Below are positions 39,529 through 49,400 of a DNA stretch of 49,400 nucleotides, one piece after another. The DNA comes from Trichoplax sp. H2 (Eukaryota), in the NCBI GenBank assembly GCA_003344405.1, contig NOWV01000018.1, positions 806,001 to 855,400 on the forward strand, in the 5' to 3' direction. The translations under genes were made by a program, and so were the position numbers. The notes below the pieces were generated by a model. It was not told where the DNA came from, ran no database searches, and worked only from the letters and a program-made list of their open reading frames with translations. Each line of letters starts with the position of its first letter. The first letter of the stretch is position 1.

Positions 39529-40980
39529 GCAAGTCTTTCTATTTAAAATCGCTAAGAGGAGGAAGTAGGTAGCTCGAGAAAAGAATAAAACATGAAATAA
39601 AGATTGCTATCACTTCATCAAGGATATCTGTGAAGATAAAGATTATATTTGCAGCAAAGCTAACAGTTTAATAGCTAATTTATCATCATTCATTTCTGTT
39701 TTTTATGATAACCTATAATGCGACAGTCGCGTGGATCCAGAAATATAGGCAGGCTAGCTGACTTAGAATATTATATACTGAACACTTGTATACAATATAT
39801 TGATGATATTTGTCATATTGTATTTGCGTTATCATGCAGATATTCATATATACTCAAGGTTTCGGTAGCACAATTCTAAACTCAGTTTATTTGGTACTAA
39901 TACTATTGAATATATCTAAAAATCTTATTCTATTGTAAGTTACAATCGGGATACGTATAATTAATTAATATTAGCAGCAATCTATGCTGCACAACAATAA
40001 CTGCATAGTAAATCGTTTGCTTAATGCAGATTTAAACTACATACCTTGTAGATTATGAAGATATAACCAGTAATGAGAAAGGATAGTAAATGAAACCTAA
40101 AAATGAACATAGATAATTGTAATAGTACAGTTCAAGAATTACTATTTAAGGCTAAAATTCAAAGGCTTTGTGATCACAAGTAGTCCTATAACATTGATAC
40201 CAATGGGCCCTCTTAGAAGGTAAGATTGCAATAGCGATAATTATAGGAAATTGAATTTTATTAGACTAACTAAAAAGAAAAGTTTCTTGTTGATTTTATT
40301 CATTTGCAAACAGTCGTTAATAAACAACTACCAAGTACAGATAGATACGATCTTGAGTTATTGATGTAGTGAAAATAAAACAGACGAGACTTAATACTTC
40401 ATTTTGATTACTGGATATTGGAGAGTACAGAATGCCGCTATTTTATTTCGAATCAGTTCGCGTATTTAGGTAGTGTAATTAATTAATATTATGATCTTTC
40501 GTCGTAAAATTACTACTATACATACAAGTATGTAGTTAATACTACCGTCTTTAAATACACTATGAAAATATCAAACGCTAACATACTTCGTAATGTATTA
40601 GCCAATTAATTATTGAACGATTAAAGCAATTTTACTGACAAACTACGTAGGACAGTATTATAAGTGACTACAAAATAACACGGAAAGATACTTCTATACT
40701 TTTAGGCCGATTTTACATTTCTGTATTTGCTATATAGAAATTTCAACATTCCATACAATAGCCTACCCCTGCTAATCTGTCGTTATCAAGGTTTCAAGTT
40801 TGTATAGAGCATATAATACTATTACAGAAGAATGCACCTAAATCCATTTATTAGAATATGATCCCGTTTAACGAATCTAGCATAATAGAATATTAAGCGA
40901 CAAAACTCAGTTACCTTGAAAGAAAGTTGAAATTGTCCTTTTGATAATAATAAATTTGCGAGTCAATGTAACATCACGAT
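39529..40980 (-). pseudogene. Third GRL paralogue, pseudogene (remnants of exons 2-4), inverted relative to the two intact GRLs
   Basis: Exon-2 remnant 40837-40767 (VHSSVIVLYAL..., 71 nt versus 69, frameshift and stop). Exon-3 remnant 40240-40150 (LSLLQSYLLRGPIGINVIGLLVITKP, 91 nt versus 90; acceptor AG to AA, donor GT to TT). Exon-4 remnant 39572-39529 (TYFLLLAILNRKT, first ~16 nt deleted). Intron sequence at 40840-40980 also aligns with GRL intron 1. Confidence 0.88.
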
Positions 40981-42689
40981 GTTTGCAGAATGATAATAAC
41001 ATAATCACTGCATGCTAGTTTATACTATATTGTCGTGTTTTTACAAAGATATCGTGATATCGTGATTCTTTAATTATCGCGTTCTCCTCAGTATTGGCGA
41101 TCTAAATGGCTGAATGATGAAAACTAACTTAGAAACTATTTTATCACCTGCGGTTATAATCTTGCAACAATTAAACGTATAATTATAACTTGATATCGAT
41201 TATTTAAAGTCCATAATAGCATGCAAGCAATTGAGAGCAAAGACAAATGGATATTAACTGAAATCTATCCAGTCTCTAATTTTAACACGATAAATTGCCA
41301 ATTGTATTTTTAACCGCTAAAAAGTATGTGTAATGGTGGTAAAAGAATGATGGAAGCTAGCTGAAATCTGTACTTTTGTAATACTGTAACTGCCAACTAG
41401 GGCATATCCATAAGATAATAAATTGCGAATGATTGAGAATAAAGAAGCACATTTTATCTACTATTGCTTTATAAATTTACCAATTATGTTAACTACCTCT
41501 CGACATTAATTGTAAAGTTTTTGACTATTAAGAACGTGGTGACTTTCTCTGTTTTAGTTGATCTTGTCCTTTTTGTGAAAGATTGATGATGTAATAATCT
41601 CAGTGGCAGACTCTAAAAACTTATAAAACGCATTTATATTTAATTTTTTCAAAAAGTTCATATTGTATTATATAGCATAGATACATCTATCGTTTTGGAA
41701 TTATTAATGCACGTATCGATTTTAGAATACAAATAGAGAAATATTTTAATCCTGATCAACGGATCATACGTTAAAACTCGCTCGCGTACAATATGCGGAA
41801 CAAATTTTCAGATACCACGATATTAAGCTCAAGTACCAACAATAACATTCATCGGTTTCATAAGAATATTCAACTTTTATTAAAGCATCTTCCATGACCG
41901 TATGCGATAATAATATCAGCTATTAAATAGAGTATTATGTCATAATTTATATGATCTTTTTACGTAAAGCTACGTTGTTAATAGTTACTAATCCAAGAAA
42001 TCCAATCGTTTTTTTAGCTGAGACTTTGTTAATCATGCTGTTAGGTTTAAACTAATAACAATTCTTGCTGGTATACAATTATATCTACGAGACTACTTTC
42101 CCTATTTTGGATGAATAAGAAATGCTCTTAATACTTTACATTTTTTATGATTTAGTCACATAGTCTATAGACTGTCGGAACTTATAAGAATGTAATAATT
42201 AATAAAATGCCTAATTACTAAATCATAGCAAAATACTGCGGTAGATAATAGCGCATACTAATTTCGTATATTATTATTATTCTGCAAGTATTGTAAAATT
42301 ATTGTTCATGTTGTATTTTATTACTATTATATCATGAATAATGATATAGAATCACACAGTACAGGATAATTTATATGACAATATGCTCTATTTTATCCAT
42401 ACACTCCCGTAGAGGAACAGTTGGTCGTAATGAACTACTGGTACTGCGTAATTGAGCATTTGAGCGCTTGTCAATTTAGAATACTTTAGCAGTGAAGTAA
42501 ATATATAGCGTGCAAAAGTAATAAATTTAAAATTAGTGCATGTGGACAGTCCATCACTTCGTGACAGGTACAACAACTATAACTATACTCATTAAAACCG
42601 ATAATTTAATCCAAACCATTGTTAAGTGTCGATTTTTAGATAATGGAAACTATTGTTTACAAGTTAACATTGTACACGTCTAATTTAAT

Positions 42690-42714
42690 AGATAAGATTG
42701 TGAGTCTATATAAA
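42690..42714 (+). promoter_or_regulatory. Putative core promoter of GRL-A: AGATAAG motif plus TATATAAA
   Basis: agataag 42690-42696 and tatataaa 42707-42714, ~105 nt before the ATG. Both are conserved at the same spacing upstream of the paralogue. Confidence 0.5.
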
Positions 42715-42818
42715 TTCATTAAATTGATAAAAAAATAATCAGCCATTACACTCCTTCGCAAATCACTTTAGCTCATATTTCCATCTCGGCATCTATAGTA
42801 GCAGAAAGCGATAACAAA

Positions 42819-45703
42819 ATGGAATCGAAAAGATCTAGTAACGATATAGTTTTAGTCAGTATAGACGAAGATCGAGAAAGTTCGAATGAAAATGGTACTG
42901 TGACTTATCATACTTCTACAAGGTCATCCCTTGAAAATAACGTAGACACAGAAAATAGTAATAATAGATTTGGCGTTGACGACGGCATCAGATCAGTTTC
43001 AAATTCTAACAATCCAATTATCATCGCTATTAAACCAATTTTATGCATATTAAAAGTATTTGGCGTGTACTATTCGGTTCCAGATAACAGTAATGTTATC
43101 AATACGCATTATGACGATTGCCGAAGTGCAATGTTAGCCGACTGTCAACTAAAAAAGAAACGAACAAGAAGAACTATCTTCACTCCTTTGCGACTTTATT
43201 CCCTAGCGGTTTGTTTTTTACTGTGGATTAATGCAGGACGATTCGGGGCTAATGTTTTTATATATCAAAATACATCTTGGATGCCATTTGTTATATTATA
43301 CGTTCTATGGCTTTTCCAAGTAGCAGGCAATGTATCTCTTTATTATTATATGTGCCATCGTAAGTTGCCGATACTCTTTAACCACATTAGTAAGATACAA
43401 AGTAACGAATGTCAAGACTTTTTAGCTTGTATCGGGCGTTATACTAGAAAACGATGTATCTATTTTCTGATTCCGGCGACGATCTTTGCCTCTATAAATA
43501 TCGTGTTTCCTATATTCTCTCAATTTGGTCCAATTACAGAATTGAGAGTTGTAATGGATGTGATAAATAGTCCATGGCAAAATTCTACTGTCTTTCCCTA
43601 CGTGTACATATTTGCAATTCACGTCTATTGTACAATAGCATGGATCTATCCAATGGTTCTATTTTGTTTATGCTGCTTGATAATGGCCCATAAATTCCAT
43701 ACCTTAACTAAACGCTTTAAAAAGGCGATTCTACGGAATAACAGCGATATTATCCGGACTCTAGCGATTTATCGAGAACAACATCAAGCGTACTGTGTTA
43801 TAACAGAATTACTTTCAGATACTTTCTCATTATTTATAGGTTACTTATACGTTACAAACCTTGCAAAAGCTTGCTTTAATTTATATCGCCTAATTTTTAA
43901 CTGGAGTGTAAATGGTTTGTTAATGAACATTACATTAATAATATGGTTCATTGCTACTACTGGTATGACTATAATAACTTCATGGGTTGCTTCTATTCTT
44001 AATGCAGAGGTACAGTATAACAATATTACACTAAACAAGTAATACGATGAAGTTTATTCTCTATTATTATTTCAATATATACGAATTCGAAGTTCGTCAA
44101 GAACGAGTACGCTTACAATACACTAAATTATCATGTTATCGATTTGTATCTATATAATCAATACTTATAATATTGTTAAATATATTAAACATAAAAATAC
44201 AAAAACTTGAATAATGATGTAAATAGACTCGTAAAATTGTTATCTAAATTTAGACAATTTCGACTTCCCTTTCGAAGTAACTAAGATTTATCGCTTAGTA
44301 TTCCGTTACGCTAGATTTGATTTAATGGTATTTTATTGTAATAAATATTCTTAGGCACATTCTCCAATATCAGTGTTATACTCTCTACAAACTCGAAATA
44401 TTGGTAACGACGGATTAGCAGAGGTAAGCTTTATCGCAATTTCTACATAAGTAATAACATAAAATCAAGTTAAAGTATATACTGTAAACATATTACTTTA
44501 TGTCGTATTGTACTATTTCGCAGTCACTCATAACATTATCGTATGTAGCTTATCAGTAAAATTACTTTTATTTTCTATTAATTATAATAAATTAGCTAAT
44601 GCATTACCAGTATTGAATATGCAGACAAAGTAATAGCAAATGATTGTAGGAAACAGTGAAGACTGTAGGCGCTATAAATAAATTAACATAACAAACTATA
44701 TTTGAGTATAATTGAAATAGACTGTAAAGCTATCTATATTCGGTATAATACAAGATGTCTATATTTAATTAAGAATATGTTACAGACTACAGTGAAATCT
44801 AAATACACTGCAATCAATAACTCAAGATATTGTCTATATGTAGATGGTAGCAATTTATTAACGATCGTTTATAACTGTATAAGATTAAATAAGTAATATT
44901 TCTTTAAAGCTGATCTAGTAAAATTCTAATAAAATTCAATTTTCTATAGTTGCTCCTATTTCAATCTCGCCTTCTAGCAGAACCCATTGGTATCAGTATT
45001 GTTGGAATGTTTGTGATAACAAGATCTTTGATTTTAACAGTAAGTGTTACCTACATTTCTTAAGATGTATTATTACAACTAACTAGGTACATTTTCAGAT
45101 CTCTATTTACAATTCTTTCTCATTACTGTTTATATTTATATAATGGGCGAGATATCGCAGTTTATGTCTAAAGTATAGTTTCTTTAGTGAGAAATATATG
45201 GGATTGAATTTAGTTGTCTTTACTGCGGTAGCTATCTTATGTAGGTACTAATAGGCGATATGGACTGCAGCTAATATTAATATTAATTCTATTTCGACCT
45301 TAACTTAAAATATTAGAAAAGATCCATTACATACATTCAGTTACGCCATTACCCAATAAAGTGATTTTAAGATTGTGGCATCAAAACTTAGTATACATTA
45401 CGTATAAGTATATAATTACATAGTACGTATATAATATAGGAGTATTAAGTCGGTAAGCCTGAGTCTCTTTCTAGATTCGCATGATTATACTGTCAATTAT
45501 CGTTTTATCAGAATAAGTTAAAATGAATGATATATGTAATTAATTAGCTGTTAGACTACTAGGTCTTCTGTGACTGTAATATATATCTTTACGGATATCT
45601 TTGATAACGCGATAGTAATCTTTATATTTTATTTTTTCTAAAGTTGCTAGGTATTTTTGTTACCTACTTCTTTCTTTTAGCGCAGCTACATGGAAAGGCT
45701 TAA
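42819..45703 (+). CDS. Grl: Gustatory receptor-like protein (GRL, 7TM ion channel superfamily), 469 aa (here GRL-A)
   Basis: Exons 42819-44009, 44355-44423 (AHSPISVLY...), 44950-45039 (LLLFQSRLLAEPIGISIVGMFVITRSLILT) and 45644-45703 (LLGIFVTYFFLLAQLHGKA*). Multiple TM helices, a C-terminal TYhhhhhQ motif and three phase-0 introns at the 3' end are hallmarks of GR/GRL genes. Confidence 0.92.
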
Positions 45704-47709
45704 ACGAATTAAGATTCTCGTGAGCGCTTACAAAGGGTTTACAATTTCTGAAGTTACAGTTACGAGGAAAAATACTGTTACAACTTAAGACGAAACCAAG
45801 TTTACATCAACTCATTAATAAACTATTTAGATGACTATTACACGAATTGACTACTATAGGATTTTTAATAAATCTATTTTATTGTCGTGATAGCGTATGT
45901 TATATAAACTGTACATATATCTTTAAGCTATACTCTGTTTACACGACGTATATTTTAAAAGTCGCTTTAAATAATTAAAATTTAGAACATAATTTTTTGT
46001 CCAAGATTTGGATATCAAGCACTAAAATACTGTTTGTAGTTGTTTTACCGAGCCTTAAAAAGTTTCAGGTACTATCATGAAAGTTGTCATGCAACAACTA
46101 GCTCGTCTTTGCAGTTTGCTTTTACAGATTATCTTGGTATCTAAACTTTAAATAATATGATATTTCTATAGAATATCAGAACTAATCTTTATGTTCTATG
46201 CTTCTAAGTACAGATTAGGTTCTGTTAGCTGACATTTTTATCACCACGTAACCCTGAACACTTGTACATTGCTGTAGATCTGGATTATCCTACACTATAC
46301 TAACTTCTTCGAGAATATTAAAGTCATTTCTGGAGACAAAAAAATTGTGATTACTGTTTATGATTTTATATTAAAGACATTATGACGTACGGTATCTAGA
46401 GTAACACCATATATACTGTAGAGAAATACAAGATATCTTGCTAATGTCTATCAGATTTCTGTTAGGATATTAGTTACTACTGTATATTGCAATTAAAAGC
46501 AGTAATTGTCTTTACTATCATAACTAACATTACATAGCATTACAATTTATGCAATACTAATACCGATGTACCGTAATACAATAAATCGAAAGTTTGGTAT
46601 CATTGTGTAGTAGATTAAATTATCCGTCCAATGTATAATGAAAAGATGACATGAACTTTCTTTTCTACTCTGTAAGAGTACAGTGATCGACTGTGCCTGT
46701 TCTTTCGTTTAGCCTCGCATATCTAAGACTAAGCACGAAACTGAAGTAAAGGGTTAGGCTATGATTGCAGTTTCTGCGCTACCATCATGAAAATAAATTT
46801 ACTATGTTACGAATGAGAGGACAAAAATTTATGAAAGCATAAAATACGAAACATATTACTGTAAGACGACGTTCATATTTCGCAGAATTAATTACAGTAT
46901 CATGTAATGCTTTCGCGTAAAGCTATATAATTTCTATTCCAAGAAATTTAATCGTTTTTTAACTAAGAATTTATTAATTAATCACGTCATTAGGTTAAAA
47001 TTGATAACAGTTCTTGCTGGCATACAATTTATCAACGACAATACTTCTTTATAAATGGAATCAGAAAATAGCAACAATGTACAGTATATGATACTCATGA
47101 CCAAAACTGGCACAGACTCTCTGTTGATATAAAAATGGGTGTCATTAATTATTTAAATTGCTGCACATATAGAACAATAGACTACGCTTTCAATACTTGC
47201 ATTTTATGATTCAGTCACCTAGACTACAGGAACTTATGAGAACGTGATAATTAACAAGACACCTAATCACTGAATCATAGCAAAACACTACGGTATATAC
47301 TGGTGCACAATAACCATGTTATTATTATCCTACAAGTATTAAAAAGTTTTGTTCATACGAGTACTGTATTGTGTCATGAATAGTAGAATAATTTGTCATA
47401 ATGAACTACTGTATAATTGAGCGCTTGTCAATTTATAATTCTTTAGCAGTGAAATACAGACCTGTATGGCATACGGTATTTGCGACAACATTAAATTTAC
47501 TAATGTTGTATTGTTTCCAATATATAGCATGTAACAGTATTAAATTTGAAATCAGTGCATTTGGACAGTCTATCCCTTTATTACAGGTAAAACAGCTATA
47601 AGTATACTCATTAAAACGAACAATTTAATCTAAACCATTGTTAAGTGTCGATTTTCAGGAGATAAAAACTATTGTTTAGAAGTTAAAATTGCTTATTATC
47701 TAATTTTAT

Positions 47710-47734
47710 AGATAAGATTTCGAGCCTATATAAA
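47710..47734 (+). promoter_or_regulatory. Putative core promoter of GRL-B: AGATAAG motif plus TATATAAA
   Basis: agataag 47710-47716 and tatataaa 47727-47734, equivalent to the GRL-A element. Confidence 0.5.
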
Positions 47735-47819
47735 TTGATGAAACAATAATCAGTCATTACGACCCTTCGTAAATCACTTTAACTCACACTTCTATATAGT
47801 TGCAGAAAGCGACAACAAA

Positions 47820-49391
47820 ATGAAATCGAATAAATTTAGTAATGATATAGTTCCACTTAACATAAATGAAGATCGAAAAAATTCGGATAAAAGTGGGACT
47901 ATAGCTCGTCATATTTCTACAAGATCATCCCTTGAAAATAACGTAGACACGGAAAATAGTAATAATAGATTTGGCATTGACGACGGCATCAGACCTATTA
48001 CAAATTCTAACGATCCAATTATCATCGCTATTAAACCAATTTTATGCATATTAAAAGTATTTGGCATCTATTATTCGAATCGTGAACATCGAACTTCAAT
48101 GTTAGCCGACTGTCAACTAAAAAAGAAGCGATCAAGAAAGACTTTTTTCACGCCTTTACGAATTTATGGCTTGGCGGTTTGCCTTGTGCTATGGATCAAT
48201 ACAGGACGATTCTGGGCTAATATTTTTACATATCAAAATACATCTTGGATGCCATTTGTTATATTATACGTTCTATGGCTTTTCCAAGTAGCAGGCAATG
48301 TATCTCTTTATTATTATATGTGCCATCGTAAGTTGCCGATACTCTTTAAGCACATTAGTAAGATACAAAGTAACGAAAGTCAAGACTTTTTAGCTTGTAT
48401 CGGGCGTTATACTAGAAAACGGTGTATCTATTTTCTGATTCCGGCGACGATCTTTGCCTCTATTAATATCGTGTTTCCTATATTCTCTCAATTTGGTCCA
48501 ATTACAGAATTGAGAGCTGTAATGGATGTGATAAATAGTCCGTGGCAAAATTCTACTGTCTTTCCCTACGTGTACATATTTGCAATTCACGTCTATTGTA
48601 CAATAGCATGGATCTATCCAATGGTTCTATTTTGTTTATGCTGCTTGATAATGGCCCATAAATTCCATACCTTAACTAAACGCTTTAAAAAGGCGATTCT
48701 ACGGAATAACAGCGATATTATCCGGACTCTAGCGATTTATCGAGAACAACATCTAGCGTACTGTGTTATAACAGAATTACTTTCAGATACTTTCTCATTA
48801 TTTATAGGTTACTTATACGTTACAAACCTTGCAATAGCTTGCTTTAATTTATATCGCCTAATTTTTAACTGGAGCGTAAATGGTTTGTTAATGAACATTA
48901 TACTAATAATATGGTTCATTGCTACTACTGGTATGACTATAATAATTTCATGGGTTGCTTCTATTCTTAATGCAGAGGTACAGTATAACAATATTACACT
49001 AAACAAGTAATACGATGAAGTTTATTCTCTATTATTATTTCAATATATACGAATTCGAAGTTCGTCAAGAACGAGTACGCTTACAATACACTAAATTATC
49101 ATGTTATCGATTTGTATCTATATAATCAATACTTATAATATTGTTAAATATATTAAACATAAAAATACAAAAACTTGAATAATGATGTAAATAGACTCGT
49201 AAAATTGTTATCTAAATTTAGACAATTTCGACTTCCCTTTCGAAGTAACTAAGATTTATCGCTTAGTATTCCGTTACGCTAGATTTGCTTTAATGGTATT
49301 TTATTGTAATAAATATTCTTAGGCACATTCTCCAATATCAGTGTTATACTCTCTACAAACTCGAAATATTGGTAACGACGGATTAGCAGAG
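47820..49391 (+). CDS. Grl: Gustatory receptor-like protein (GRL-B), tandem paralogue; continues beyond the window end
   Basis: Exon 1 47820-48977 (386 codons, donor GAG|GTACAG); exon 2 49323-49391 is identical to GRL-A exon 2. The window ends in intron 2. Confidence 0.9.
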
Positions 49392-49400
49392 GTAAGCTTT

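Noticed and set aside
43422-44038. Minus-strand ORFs duplicated in both GRL genes (also 48390-49006)
   Set aside because: Antisense shadows of GRL exon 1; their conservation follows from the duplication.

Overview
AT-rich animal genomic DNA with short GT-AG introns, most likely a placozoan such as Trichoplax (inferred from composition, intron size and gene families). I assembled five multi-exon genes by hand, checking every splice phase: (1) the last 10 exons of a ciliary SAXO4/PPP1R32-like gene (+, 17-2695), missed entirely by the ORF track; (2) an ALK1/2 (ACVR1/Sax-like) TGF-beta type I receptor (+, 21299-23941, first exon not found); (3) an ALK4/5/7 (TGFBR1/Babo-like) type I receptor facing it tail-to-tail (-, 27064-32232, 550 aa); (4,5) two tandem gustatory-receptor-like (GRL/7TM ion channel) genes (+, 42819-45703 and 47820 to beyond the window end). 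Decayed sequences: a Roc-COR pseudogene with a 39-bp tandem repeat (3.7-4.7 kb), a hidden third GRL pseudogene in inverted orientation (39.5-41 kb), and weaker remnants of a class C GPCR (10.5-11 kb) and a second Roc-COR (19.3-19.9 kb). Most notable: both receptors have abnormal regulatory GS regions. The ALK2-like one has Asp at the site of the classic constitutively activating Q207D mutation, and the ALK5-like one has lost the SGSGSG box.
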